Assembly: GCA_905181585.1 (NCBI GenBank) | Contig: CAJIYG010000003.1 | Location: forward strand, 78,702 to 142,701 | DNA: 64,000 nucleotides | Direction: 5' to 3' | From: an uncultured Flavobacteriales bacterium | Lineage (GTDB): Bacteria; Bacteroidota; Bacteroidia; Flavobacteriales; BACL11 | In this document: positions 26,472 to 35,828 of the stretch, one piece after another | Numbering within the stretch: the first letter of the stretch is position 1 | Layout of the letters: each line of letters starts with the position of its first letter | Made by a program: the position numbers and the translations under genes | The notes under the pieces: generated by a model | What the model was told of the DNA's origin: nothing | Database searches by the model: none | Seen by the model: only the letters and a program-made list of their open reading frames with translations

Positions 26472-27896
26472 CTATTGATAGGTATTTTTTTTCATTTTGT
26501 TGTAAAGTTTTTGTGATTTATTAATTTTAACAAATTCCAAAAAATCTTTAATTATTAATTTTCTTTCTGAATTAATAAAATCTATGCTTGTTGGTAATTT
26601 GTTTTTTATTCTAAGAGAATTTTTTTCTGAATACTTTATGCAAAATTCAGATATTATTCCTTTAGAAAAATAATAATTAATATTTCTGTAGTTTAGTGTA
26701 GTGTCTCTTTGTATTAAATGATCTGGAGTTATTCCACCACCACCGTATACTACTCTTCCTTTTTTTGTTAAAAATTTTACAGTATCATTTATTACTGAAT
26801 CATTTCTGAGGTATTGTTCGAGGTAATAATCCTTTTTACTATTTCCATATTCTTTCTGAATACATCTTCCTGAAGGAGTATAATATCTTTGTGTTGTTAA
26901 TCTTATAGCTGTGCCATCATCAAGTCTAATTTCTTCTTGAACAAGTCCTTTCCCAAATGATCTTCTGCCTACAATTTTCCCTCTGTCATTATCTTGTATT
27001 GCTCCAGCAATAATTTCTGATGCTGATGCAGAGCCTTCATTTATTAAAATCACAATTTCAATATCTTCCAATTTACCATTTGAAGAAGCAAATATTTCAT
27101 TTTTTTCTCTATTTCTTCCTTCAGTAAACACTATTAGCTCATTTTTTTTTAAAAACTCATCACTAATTGAAGCTGCAGCATTTAAATATCCTCCAGGATT
27201 ATCTCTAAGATCTAAAATTAAGTTGTCCATTTTTAAAGCTTTAAGTTTTCTTATTGCTTTATCAAATTCTTTAATTGTTGTTGCAGAAAATCTATTTATT
27301 TTAATGTAACCATTTTTTTCATCAATCATGATCGAGGCATCTACGCTGTAAATTGGTATTTGTTCTCTTTTTATTTTAAATTCGATTAATTCTTTGGCTT
27401 TGCTTCTTTTAATGTTAATAATAACATACGTATCCTTTTTCCCTCTTAAGTTACTTATTACATCTTCATTTTCTAAGCCAATTCCCGCAAAGTTTTCTCC
27501 ATCAATTTTGATAATTTTATCTCCTGAAATAATTCCAAGTTTTTCAGATGGGCCGTTAGATATTGGGGAAACAACAACTATGGTGTCATCGATTATATTA
27601 AATTCTATTCCAATACCACTAAACTCTCCAGACATATTTTCATTAACATTCTTATATTCTTTTTTTGGAATATAGCTAGTATGAGGATCAAGATCTTTAA
27701 TCATTAAGTTGATCATTTTTTCCTCAAAATTTTCGCCCAACGTATCAACATAATGCTGGTCAATCAATTTAAGAATTCTGTTGATTTTAGATTCTTCATT
27801 AATTGTCTTTGCTTCATTATTAATTGAATTACCAATTAATATCCCAATAACAATTAATAGCGAGTAAAGTATTGGTTTGTAATTATTTTGAATCAA
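26472..27896 (-). CDS. ctp: S41 family carboxyl-terminal processing peptidase; C-terminal tail frameshifted, with the true stop probably at 26362-26364
   Basis: 474 aa with a PDZ segment (GIGIEF...GPSEKLGIISGDKIIKIDG) and the S41 catalytic region (LINEGSASASEI.., ..GRRSFGKG). After the T8 run at 25 bases above the annotated stop (26485-26492) a plausible tail, EKKYLSIELQARIWRNLFGKENYYQIKNSNDKYIEKAMMVLNN*, continues in another frame. Confidence 0.85.
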   Translation of the reverse strand: MIQNNYKPILYSLLIVIGILIGNSINNEAKTINEESKINRILKLIDQHYVDTLGENFEEKMINLMIKDLDPHTSYIPKKEYKNVNENMSGEFSGIGIEFNIIDDTIVVVSPISNGPSEKLGIISGDKIIKIDGENFAGIGLENEDVISNLRGKKDTYVIINIKRSKAKELIEFKIKREQIPIYSVDASIMIDEKNGYIKINRFSATTIKEFDKAIRKLKALKMDNLILDLRDNPGGYLNAAASISDEFLKKNELIVFTEGRNREKNEIFASSNGKLEDIEIVILINEGSASASEIIAGAIQDNDRGKIVGRRSFGKGLVQEEIRLDDGTAIRLTTQRYYTPSGRCIQKEYGNSKKDYYLEQYLRNDSVINDTVKFLTKKGRVVYGGGGITPDHLIQRDTTLNYRNINYYFSKGIISEFCIKYSEKNSLRIKNKLPTSIDFINSERKLIIKDFLEFVKINKSQKLYNKMKKNTYQ

Positions 27897-28324
27897 TTTA
27901 ATTTTTTTTTATCAAAGTGTATTATTTCAACTTGGGCTTTTTTTAAAAATTCTATTCCTGTTGAGTCTTTATATTTGTTAAGGAAAACAACTCTTTTAAT
28001 TCCTGACTGATGAATTAATTTACTACATTCTTTGCATGGAGACATTGTAAGATATAGAGTGGAATTTTTGCAATTATGATTTGACCCTGCTGTCTTTAGT
28101 ATTGCGTTTGCCTCAGCGTGTAAAACAAACCAATTAGTTTCATTATTTTCGTCTTCACAGCAATTGTCAAAACCACTTGGTGTTCCATTATAACCATCAG
28201 AAATTATCATTCTGTCTTTTACAATAATTGCACCTACTTTTCTTCTTTTACAATAAGAAAGTTTTGACCATTCTACTGCCAATCTTAAATATGCAGCATC
28301 AAATCTATCGGTATTTATTTTCAT
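27893..28324 (-). CDS. deoxycytidylate (dCMP) deaminase
   Basis: 143 aa with the zinc-deaminase motifs HAEANAI and PCKECSKLI. Its stop overlaps the ctp start by 4 nt. Confidence 0.85.
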   Translation of the reverse strand: MKINTDRFDAAYLRLAVEWSKLSYCKRRKVGAIIVKDRMIISDGYNGTPSGFDNCCEDENNETNWFVLHAEANAILKTAGSNHNCKNSTLYLTMSPCKECSKLIHQSGIKRVVFLNKYKDSTGIEFLKKAQVEIIHFDKKKLN

Positions 28325-28338
28325 TATTTCGTTACTTG

Positions 28339-28422
28339 TGCCCAGAGCCGGGATCGAACCGGCACGAGTTTAACCTCATTGGTGTTTGAGACCAACGCGT
28401 CTACCAATTCCGCCATCTGGGC
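28339..28422 (-). tRNA. tRNA-Leu (anticodon CAA)
   Basis: The reverse complement GCCCAGATGGCGGAATTGGTAGACGCGTTGGTCTCAAACACCAATGAGGTTAAACTCGTGCCGGTTCGATCCCGGCTCTGGGCA folds as a cloverleaf with a long variable arm. The anticodon loop is CTCAAAC. Confidence 0.9.
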
Positions 28423-28440
28423 ATCTCAAATTTTATATCA

Positions 28441-28448
28441 CAAAAATA
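28441..28448 (-). promoter_or_regulatory. -7 promoter box TATTTTTG upstream of tRNA-Leu
   Basis: The reverse complement of caaaaata lies 18 nt upstream of the mature 5' end. Confidence 0.45.
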
Positions 28449-28518
28449 TAACTTTCATATAACTATTTCTTAAAATATTGAATTTTTAAAAACTTAAAGA
28501 TATTAGATATAAAGTTAT

Positions 28519-28526
28519 TATATTTG
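28519..28526 (+). promoter_or_regulatory. -7 promoter box TATATTTG upstream of prs
   Basis: Matches TAnnTTTG, 18 nt before the ATG at 28545. Confidence 0.45.
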
Positions 28527-28566
28527 CGTCCCTTTTTAGATAAAATGAATAGACCATTTAAAATAT

Positions 28567-29478
28567 TTGCAGCAAGAGCCTCAAGAGAATTTAGCTTTGC
28601 AAATTTGTAGTCATCTTAATGTTGAATTAGGTAGTAATACACTTATTGAATTTAGTGATGGTGAGTTTGAGCCTTCATTTGATGAGACTGTAAGAGGTGC
28701 TGATATATTCATAGTTCAGTCTACTATGCCACCTTCTGAAAACTTAATGGAATTACTTTTAATGATTGATGCTGCAAGAAGAGCGTCTGCTTATAAAATA
28801 AATGCTGTTATTCCATATTTTGGCTATGCAAGGCAAGATAAGAAAGGTAAGCCAAGAGTTCCAATAGGTGCAAAACTAATTGCAAATTTGTTATCTTCTG
28901 CTGGTGTAGACAGGATTATGACCATGGACTTACATGCTGATCAAATTCAAGGTTTTTTTGATGTTCCAGTTGATCATTTATACTCATCTAGACTGTTTAT
29001 CCCTTATATTCAATCTCTAAACCTTCCGAATTTAACAATTGCCTCTCCAGACATGGGTGGGTCAAATAGAGCTAATACTTATGCACGTTTTTTAAATGCC
29101 GAAGTAGTGATTTGTTACAAGCACAGAGAGAAGCCAAATGAGATTGGTAAGATGTTAGCAATTGGTGAAGTGAAAGACAGAGATATTGTTCTTGTTGATG
29201 ATATGGTTGATACGGCTGGAACGTTATCTAAAGCTGCTGACCTTATGATGTCTATGGGAGCTACAAGTGTTAGAGCAGTATGTACTCACGGAGTTTTCTC
29301 AGGCCCAGCCTATCAAAGGATAGAAGATTCTGCTCTTCTTGAAATAGCAGTAACTGATACTATTCCAAAAAATCATTCAGGCAATAAAATAAAAGAAATT
29401 AGTATTGCAGAAATTTTTTCTAGTTCTATTAAATCAGTACTAGAAAACAAATCAATTTCTGAATACTTTATACGTTAA
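28567..29478 (+). CDS. prs: ribose-phosphate pyrophosphokinase; the true start is probably ATG 28545, separated by a frameshift in the T3 run at 28590-28592
   Basis: The 303-aa ORF has the PRPP-synthetase motifs (..YFGYARQDKK.., ..DLHADQIQGFF.., ..VLVDDMVDTAGT..). Upstream, ATG 28545 encodes MNRPFKIFAARASRE, the usual Prs N-terminus, but in another frame. Confidence 0.9.
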   Translation: MQQEPQENLALQICSHLNVELGSNTLIEFSDGEFEPSFDETVRGADIFIVQSTMPPSENLMELLLMIDAARRASAYKINAVIPYFGYARQDKKGKPRVPIGAKLIANLLSSAGVDRIMTMDLHADQIQGFFDVPVDHLYSSRLFIPYIQSLNLPNLTIASPDMGGSNRANTYARFLNAEVVICYKHREKPNEIGKMLAIGEVKDRDIVLVDDMVDTAGTLSKAADLMMSMGATSVRAVCTHGVFSGPAYQRIEDSALLEIAVTDTIPKNHSGNKIKEISIAEIFSSSIKSVLENKSISEYFIR

Positions 29479-29500
29479 ATAACCAAATTAAATTTAAATA

Positions 29501-30157
29501 ATGAAATCACTAGCAATTAGCGCAAAAACAAGAGAAAAGGTAGGTAAATCAGATTCTAAGGCGTTAAGAAATCAGGGTAAAGTTCCATGCGTACTTTACG
29601 GGGGAGAAAAGCAGGTGAGTTTCTATGCTCATGAAAATGACTTTAGAAAACTTGTATATACTTCCGATGTATTTCTTGTCGAATTAGATATTGATGGCAC
29701 TAAATTTTCTGCAATTATGCAGGATATTCAATTTCATCCTGTTACTGACAAAATATTACATATTGACTTTTTACAAGTTTTCGATGATAAAGAAATTACT
29801 GTTTCAATTCCTGTTAAGTTAACCGGCTTATCAATTGGAGTTAGAAATGGAGGTAACTTAATGCATAGAAGAAAATCAATCATTACAAGAGCATTACCAG
29901 CGAATCTACCAGATGCAATAACTATTGATATTTCTGATCTTAAAATTGGTATGTTTGTTTACATCAAAGATTTAAGGTCTGATGTTTATGATTTCTTAGC
30001 TGCTGACAATTCTGTTGTAGTTGGAGTTAAAACGGCAAGGAATGCTATAGAAGATGAATTGGCAGAATCTGAAGAGGCTGAAGGAGCAGAAGGAGAGGAT
30101 GGAGAAAGCCCTGAATCAAGTTCAGATGCAAAAACCGAAGAAAATAAAGATTCATAA
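29501..30157 (+). CDS. rplY: 50S ribosomal protein L25 / general stress protein Ctc
   Basis: 218 aa. The N-terminal REKVGKSDSKALRNQGKVPCVLYGG.. is followed by a Ctc-type C-domain and an acidic tail. Confidence 0.9.
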   Translation: MKSLAISAKTREKVGKSDSKALRNQGKVPCVLYGGEKQVSFYAHENDFRKLVYTSDVFLVELDIDGTKFSAIMQDIQFHPVTDKILHIDFLQVFDDKEITVSIPVKLTGLSIGVRNGGNLMHRRKSIITRALPANLPDAITIDISDLKIGMFVYIKDLRSDVYDFLAADNSVVVGVKTARNAIEDELAESEEAEGAEGEDGESPESSSDAKTEENKDS

Positions 30158-30160
30158 AGT

Positions 30161-30727
30161 ATGAAATACTTAATCGTTGGATTAGGTAACCCAGGAGCTG
30201 AGTATGAGAATACTCGCCATAATATTGGTTTTAAGATACTTGACGGGTTTTTAAATAAAGATGATAGTTTCGAAGCATGTAAGCATGGTAGCCGTTTAGA
30301 TTTTTCATTTAAGTCTAGAAAGATAATTCTACTCAAGCCTAATACATTTATGAATCTTAGTGGTAAAGCAGTTAAGTACTGGATGATAAAAGAAAAAGTG
30401 AATCTTGATAATTTGTTAATAGTAACAGATGATATTGCACTTCCCTTTGGAGCAGTTAGATTAAGACCAAAAGGTTCAGATGGTGGGCATAATGGTCTAA
30501 AGGATATTAATCAAGTTTTATCAAATAATAATTATCCAAGATTACGAATTGGAGTTGGTAGTGATTTTGAAAGAGGTCGGCAAGTTGATTATGTACTTGG
30601 TAATTGGTCACAAGAGCAGGATAATGATTTAAATAGCTTAATTAATGACTCTATTCAAGTTATTAAATCTTTTTGTTCTATCGGTATTGAATATACTATG
30701 ACTAATTTAAATAGAAATAAATTATGA
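30161..30727 (+). CDS. pth: peptidyl-tRNA hydrolase
   Basis: 188 aa with MKYLIVGLGNPGAEYENTRHNIGF and ..GSDGGHNGLKDI. Confidence 0.95.
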   Translation: MKYLIVGLGNPGAEYENTRHNIGFKILDGFLNKDDSFEACKHGSRLDFSFKSRKIILLKPNTFMNLSGKAVKYWMIKEKVNLDNLLIVTDDIALPFGAVRLRPKGSDGGHNGLKDINQVLSNNNYPRLRIGVGSDFERGRQVDYVLGNWSQEQDNDLNSLINDSIQVIKSFCSIGIEYTMTNLNRNKL

Positions 30728-30755
30728 CTGTTCTTGTTTTATATTACTTAATGTA

Positions 30756-30763
30756 TATTTTTG
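30756..30763 (+). promoter_or_regulatory. -7 promoter box TATTTTTG upstream of tRNA-Cys
   Basis: Matches TAnnTTTG, 11 nt before the tRNA 5' end. Confidence 0.4.
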
Positions 30764-30774
30764 TGCTGTAATAA

Positions 30775-30845
30775 GGTATCGTGGCCGAGCGGTTAGGCAG
30801 TGGTCTGCAACACCATCTACAGCGGTTCGAATCCGCTCGATACCT
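30775..30845 (+). tRNA. tRNA-Cys (anticodon GCA)
   Basis: GGTATCGTGGCCGAGCGGTTAGGCAGTGGTCTGCAACACCATCTACAGCGGTTCGAATCCGCTCGATACCT folds as a 71-nt cloverleaf. The anticodon loop is CTGCAAC. Confidence 0.9.
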
Positions 30846-30849
30846 CAAG

Positions 30850-30877
30850 ATGCCCGTTGTTAAACGGGCATTTTTTT
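30850..30877 (+). terminator. rho-independent terminator after tRNA-Cys
   Basis: atgcccgt-tgttaa-acgggcat forms an 8-bp stem followed by a T7 run. Confidence 0.65.
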
Positions 30878-30900
30878 ATATTTTAGTAAAAAATTATTTA

Positions 30901-31960
30901 ATGAATAAATTTTTCGTTCTAATCTTACTTTTTTTTAATTTTCAAATTGTTTTTGCTCAATGTCAATTTACGCTTAACAACTTACAACATGTAAATTGTA
31001 ATGGAGAGAACTCTGGAACAATAGATATAACACTACAAGATAATAGTAGTGATATTTCATGGTATGGACCAAATAATTTTGCTAGTTCATCTGCTAATCT
31101 TGCTTCATTATACTCTGGAAAATATTTTTTACAAATATCAAATAATAGCTCTGGGTGTATTATCTTTAGATTCTATTACTGTATTAGAGACAATAGAAGT
31201 TAATGTAGATTTTAATGTTTTAAATTTATGTGATATTGGTGATAGTGCTGATATTTCAGTTAATATTATTGGAGGGACACCTCCCTATTTAACATTATGG
31301 TCTACTGGAGATACATCAAGAAATATATTTAATTTACCCTCAAATATCTCATCATCTTTGACATTAGATGTTACAGATCTTAATGGGTGCATATCTCAAC
31401 ATATTTTTGAGCTTGAACCAACTGAAAAAATGGAAACCTTTATGTCTACAAATAATGTAATTTGTAAGGATGATGTAAATGGTAGCGCAAGAGTTTATAT
31501 CTCAAATGGAGCCTCTCCTTTTACCTTTATTTGGAATAATGATACTAATTCTATTCTAAAATTAGATGAATCTTTTTCTATAATTGAAAATTTAGCTCCA
31601 GGAGATTATTTTGTTGAAATTACTGATAATAATGGCTGTAAGGTATTTGATAATTTTACTATCAGCTATAATCCAAAAATTTGTCTTGCTCCAAAAAAAG
31701 TTTTTTCTCCAAATAATGATGGTATTAATGATTTTTGGCTAATTGAAAATATACATATTTATCCAAATGCTTTAATTGAAATATATTCTAAAAATGGAAC
31801 TCAGGTTTTTAGGCGTAGAAATTATACTAATTCATTTGAGTATGGCTTTAAAGGAATAGATAGTAATAATAATAATTTGCCTTCAGGAACCTATTATTAT
31901 ATTATACAGCTTGATGATAAAAATGAAGTTTTTAAAGGTTCATTAACAATAATAAGATGA
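30901..31960 (+). pseudogene. T9SS type B sorting-domain (gliding motility-associated C-terminal domain) surface protein, one frameshift near 31157-31162
   Basis: ATG 30901 gives the signal peptide MNKFFVLILLFFNFQIVFAQ, followed by Cys-containing repeat modules. The reading continues in ORF 31049-31960 (..SGC/LSLDSITVLETIEV..). The C-terminus KVFSPNNDGINDFWLIENIHIYPN..IEIYSKNGTQVF...LPSGTYYYII is the CHU_C / type B CTD. The GTG start given by the ORF track lies inside tRNA-Cys and is spurious. Confidence 0.75.
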
Positions 31961-32907
31961 CAAGATACCTTTTATTGATTTTATGTGTTATATCTGCATT
32001 TTTTTCAAATGCTCAGCAACAAATTTTATTTGATCAATATTTCATTAATGATGTTATTTATAATCCAGCTATTTCAGGTAGTAAAACATATAACCCTTTA
32101 GTAATACAAACTAGACAGCAGTGGGCAGGTTTTGATGATGCCCCTTTTTCTACTTCAATAAGCTATCATCAAGCAATTAAATATAATACAGCAATTGGTG
32201 GTTTTTTAAATGTTGAAAATAGTTATCCCTCTAAACAATTGAATTTTCAGCTTAATTACGCTTATCATATTCCTTTAAACTCTAACAATACATATATTTC
32301 GTTTGGTCTGGGGCCTAAATTTATGTTATACTCACTTAATTTTAATAGAGAGGATTTACCTGATTTAAATGATCCTGCATTTAGTTTTAATGAACACAAT
32401 GAAATGTTAGCTGATTTTTCTTCAGGTTTTTATCTTTATAATGAAAATTTCTCTTTAGGTTTTTCTGTTCTTAATATATTACAATCCTCATTTAATGGAG
32501 AAGTTTTTACAAATTCTTTGAATCAATCTGTTAATAATAGTTTTGGAGAAAATATTGAGGTTAGACATTTTTATTTTACCAGTTCCTTTAGAGGAAGAAT
32601 AATAAATAATGACTGGGAAGTTGAACCCTATTTACAAATATCATCTGCGGAAAATCAAACAAGTCTTATTAGATTCTCTTCAAGAATTATCTTTTTAAAA
32701 GATAACTGGCTCTCATTTGGATTAGGCAATAATGGATTAATTTCTTCAGGAATAGGCTTCAAAGCAAATAATATATATTTAGGGTATAGTTATGGACAGC
32801 AATTAAGTGGTGAAATAGTTCGCTATAATTATGGCTCTCATGAATTAAGTCTAACTTTCAAATTACCTTCGTATAATCAAAAAGAAAGAACATCGTTCTG
32901 GTATTAA
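31957..32907 (+). CDS. PorP/SprF family type IX secretion system membrane protein
   Basis: 316 aa with a signal peptide, then QQQILFDQYFINDVIYNPAISG, the PorP/SprF N-terminal signature, and a beta-barrel-like remainder. Its start overlaps the upstream stop (ATGA). Confidence 0.8.
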   Translation: MTRYLLLILCVISAFFSNAQQQILFDQYFINDVIYNPAISGSKTYNPLVIQTRQQWAGFDDAPFSTSISYHQAIKYNTAIGGFLNVENSYPSKQLNFQLNYAYHIPLNSNNTYISFGLGPKFMLYSLNFNREDLPDLNDPAFSFNEHNEMLADFSSGFYLYNENFSLGFSVLNILQSSFNGEVFTNSLNQSVNNSFGENIEVRHFYFTSSFRGRIINNDWEVEPYLQISSAENQTSLIRFSSRIIFLKDNWLSFGLGNNGLISSGIGFKANNIYLGYSYGQQLSGEIVRYNYGSHELSLTFKLPSYNQKERTSFWY

Positions 32908-32913
32908 ATTTAT

Positions 32914-33318
32914 ATGCACAAACTTGATCATATTGGAGTAGTAGTTAAGGATATTCAAAAAGCTAATGAGCTATTTGAAAAGATTCTTAAGACTAGCTCG
33001 TATAAGAGTGAATATGTTCAATCTGAAGACGTATCAACTTCCTTTTTTAAGATTGGAGATTCCAAGATTGAGCTTATTTCTTCAAATGATTTAGATCATA
33101 CAATAAATAGGTATATCAACAAACAAAGTAGCTCATTACACCATTTTGCAATAAGAGTAGATGATATTAAAACAGAGATGGATAGGATTGCTTCTTTGGG
33201 AATAAGACTTTTAAATGATACTCCTAAAATTGGAGCCGATAATATGTTGATTTGCTTTTTGCACCCCAAGGATACGTTTGGAGTGCTTATTGAATTATGC
33301 CAGGAAATAAATCAGTAA
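32914..33318 (+). CDS. mce: methylmalonyl-CoA epimerase (VOC/glyoxalase-fold)
   Basis: 134 aa with MHKLDHIGVVVKDI..., ..LHHFAIRVDDI.. and ..FLHPKDTFGVLIELCQ. Confidence 0.75.
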   Translation: MHKLDHIGVVVKDIQKANELFEKILKTSSYKSEYVQSEDVSTSFFKIGDSKIELISSNDLDHTINRYINKQSSSLHHFAIRVDDIKTEMDRIASLGIRLLNDTPKIGADNMLICFLHPKDTFGVLIELCQEINQ

Positions 33319-33907
33319 TTTCCTCTGATTTTTTTAGATGGTGACAATTTATTTTTAATTTTCTTGCAGCATTAATATGCTGGGGACTGTCATCAATAAA
33401 TAAAGCATTTTCTGCTTCTATTGAATTATCAGATAAAACTTTTACAAATATCTCTTCATTAGGTTTTCGCATACCTAATTCATGTGAAAGATAGAATTTG
33501 TAAAATAATTTTTTAAATGAATTCCATTTTTTTTCTCCAAAATCTCTTATAATTCTTTCAATATGAATTGAATTAGTATTTGAAAGTAAAATGAGTTTAT
33601 AATTTTTTGAAAGGCTTTCTAAAAGTCTAATTCTTTTTTCAGGAATATTACCTAACATCATGTTCCATGCTTCAACAATTTCATCATTAGTAGCATAGTC
33701 TGAGATACTTTTAATTTCATCTATAAAATTTTGATTAGAAATTTTTCCTTCTTCCAATTGTTCAAATAACTTATTTTGTATTTTTTTTGAGTATAATTTT
33801 TCGGAATTTTTAATGCCAAGATTTTTAAATGCTTGAATTGTCGTATCATAATCAATATTGATAATTACCGCACCAAAATCAAAAATTATATGAGTAATTT
33901 TTTTCAT
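33287..33907 (-). CDS. HAD family hydrolase
   Basis: 206 aa with the HAD motifs IFDFGAV (motif I, DxG variant), LSNTN and FIDDS. Confidence 0.75.
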   Translation of the reverse strand: MKKITHIIFDFGAVIINIDYDTTIQAFKNLGIKNSEKLYSKKIQNKLFEQLEEGKISNQNFIDEIKSISDYATNDEIVEAWNMMLGNIPEKRIRLLESLSKNYKLILLSNTNSIHIERIIRDFGEKKWNSFKKLFYKFYLSHELGMRKPNEEIFVKVLSDNSIEAENALFIDDSPQHINAARKLKINCHHLKKSEEITDLFPGIIQ

Positions 33908-33940
33908 GATGCAAATGTTGTAAAAAGTAAAACAATTTGA

Positions 33941-33948
33941 TAGTTTTG
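33941..33948 (+). promoter_or_regulatory. -7 promoter box TAGTTTTG upstream of the CAU tRNA
   Basis: Matches TAnnTTTG, 20 nt before the tRNA 5' end. Confidence 0.4.
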
Positions 33949-33968
33949 CACAACCTTTTTTTTAAAGG

Positions 33969-34045
33969 GGGCCCATAGCTCAGCTGGTTAGAGCACTTGA
34001 CTCATAATCAAGGGGTCGCAGGTTCAAGCCCTGCTGGGCCCACCA
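33969..34045 (+). tRNA. tRNA with anticodon CAT (Met by anticodon; possibly lysidine-modified tRNA-Ile2), genomically encoded CCA
   Basis: GGGCCCATAGCTCAGCTGGTTAGAGCACTTGACTCATAATCAAGGGGTCGCAGGTTCAAGCCCTGCTGGGCCCACCA is a 77-nt cloverleaf. It is not an initiator: the 1:72 pair is G:C and the anticodon stem has no GGG/CCC. The acceptor pairs C4:G69 and C5:G68 resemble E. coli tRNA-Ile2 rather than the elongator tRNA-Met. Confidence 0.9.
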
Positions 34046-34047
34046 AC

Positions 34048-34084
34048 AAAAAATCTTTGCAGTGATGTGAAGATTTTTTATTTT
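34048..34084 (+). terminator. probable rho-independent terminator after the CAU tRNA
   Basis: aaaaatctt-(12 nt loop)-aagattttt is followed by a T-rich tract. The stem is AT-rich, so confidence is moderate. Confidence 0.45.
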
Positions 34085-34146
34085 AATATTATATATTATT
34101 ATTTATGAGAAATTATATAATTATTTTAGCGTAACTTACTGTTAAT

Positions 34147-35031
34147 ATGGAATATTTAAAATCAACCTTTACATTTATTAAGAATAATAAAATTCTGCTT
34201 GTTCTTTTTTTTCTTGTTGTTTTTTTAATTGTTTCTCTTTTTTATCAAAGAGAAAGTATGAAAAATCAAATGGATTTAAAGATTCAATTTATTGAACAGA
34301 AAAATATATTAAGAGACGAGCTTGACGATCTTGTTGACGAGCATGATGAGTTGTTGGAAGAGTATGGGGATTTAAATAATCAATTATTCGAGAAAGATTC
34401 ATTAATACAGAATCAAATTGCTGAAATTAAAAGTTTAATTAGGAACAAGAAAGATCTTAAAGAAGCTAGAGTTAAGATTGAAAACTTAAAAAAAATATCT
34501 AAGAGATATTTAGCAGATATAGACTCATTATTTTATATTAATGAAAAGTTATCTTCAGAAAAAGATAGTGTCATCAAGGTTAATAAAAATATTAACTGGA
34601 AGAATTATAAGTTAAATAAGAAAAATATTCAGCTTTCTGAACAGGTTAATAAAGGTTCTGTTTTAGAAATTTCTAATATTTCTGTTGAGGCTTTTCGCTT
34701 TAGAGGAACCGGAAAAGAAGTGCCAACACGTTCAGCTCAGAAAACTCAAATTCTTAGATCATGTTTTAATATATCAGCAAATCAAATTGCCAAATCTGGT
34801 CAAAAAGTAATACAAATTCAATATTTAAATCAAAGAGGTGAGGTTTTAAATGTCCCTGATTCAATAAATCAGAATGAATATTCTATTATTGAAAATGTAG
34901 AATATCTTAACAAAGACTTAGAGATTTGCATCGACTTTGAACGAAATAAGATGTTAATTGAGGGTAATTATACTTTCAAAGTTTTTATTGATGATTTACT
35001 TTTAGCCCAATCAAAATTTAATTTAAGATAA
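34147..35031 (+). CDS. membrane-anchored coiled-coil protein, unknown function
   Basis: 294 aa with an N-terminal TM helix, then about 120 aa of heptad-like acidic/basic sequence (ELDDLVDEHDELLEEYGDLNNQL..) and a beta-rich C-domain. Confidence 0.5.
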   Translation: MEYLKSTFTFIKNNKILLVLFFLVVFLIVSLFYQRESMKNQMDLKIQFIEQKNILRDELDDLVDEHDELLEEYGDLNNQLFEKDSLIQNQIAEIKSLIRNKKDLKEARVKIENLKKISKRYLADIDSLFYINEKLSSEKDSVIKVNKNINWKNYKLNKKNIQLSEQVNKGSVLEISNISVEAFRFRGTGKEVPTRSAQKTQILRSCFNISANQIAKSGQKVIQIQYLNQRGEVLNVPDSINQNEYSIIENVEYLNKDLEICIDFERNKMLIEGNYTFKVFIDDLLLAQSKFNLR

Positions 35032-35036
35032 TAGAT

Positions 35037-35804
35037 ATGCCAATAATTCTTACATATAATATCAATGGAATAAGAGCTGCTATAAAAAAAGATCTACCTA
35101 AATGGATTAATAGTACTTCAGCAGATATAGTCTGTTTACAAGAGATTAAGGCTAAAGAAGAGCAGTTTGATAAAGAAATTTTTGAGGAATATGGTTATAG
35201 TTCATATATTAAATCTGCAGAAAAGCCAGGCTATAGTGGCGTTGCAATAATTAGTAAAATAAAACCTCAATATATTGAATATGAATGTGGCATTTCAAAA
35301 ATTGATTCTGAGGGAAGATTTATAAGATTAGATTTTGAAAATTACTCTGTTTTAAGCGTGTATTTTCCTTCTGGAAGTAGTGGTGATTTACGTCAAGCTT
35401 TTAAAATTGAGTTTTTAAATTTATTTTCTGAATATATTAAGAATTTAAAGTTAAGAATACCAAACCTAATAATATGTGGCGATTTTAATATATGTCATCA
35501 AGCAATTGATATACACAATCCTACTAGAAATAAAAACACCTCAGGATTTCTTCCAGAAGAAAGAGAATGGTTGTCACAGTTTTTAAATTCTGGATTTACA
35601 GATGTGTTTAGGTTTTTCAATAAAGACCCTCATCATTACAGCTGGTGGAGCTATAGAGCACGTGCAAGAGAAAAAAATTTAGGATGGAGAATTGATTATA
35701 TTATGATTTCAAATAATCTACAAAAAAAACTAAAAAGATCTGTGATATTATCTCAAGCTGTTCATTCTGACCATTGTCCTGTATTAGTTGAAATCGATGA
35801 TTAG
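35037..35804 (+). CDS. xth: exodeoxyribonuclease III
   Basis: 255 aa with ..TYNINGIRAA.., ..CLQEIK.., ..GDFNICH.. and ..SDHCPV.., the EEP/ExoIII motifs. Confidence 0.9.
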   Translation: MPIILTYNINGIRAAIKKDLPKWINSTSADIVCLQEIKAKEEQFDKEIFEEYGYSSYIKSAEKPGYSGVAIISKIKPQYIEYECGISKIDSEGRFIRLDFENYSVLSVYFPSGSSGDLRQAFKIEFLNLFSEYIKNLKLRIPNLIICGDFNICHQAIDIHNPTRNKNTSGFLPEEREWLSQFLNSGFTDVFRFFNKDPHHYSWWSYRARAREKNLGWRIDYIMISNNLQKKLKRSVILSQAVHSDHCPVLVEIDD

Positions 35805-35828
35805 TTTTTATTACTTTTACAAATAGAT

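Noticed and set aside
30781-30900. GTG start of ORF 30781-31203, which would give an N-terminal extension (MAERLGSGLQHHLQRFESARYLK...)
   Set aside because: This stretch is the tRNA-Cys gene and its terminator. The real start is ATG 30901, which gives a normal signal peptide.
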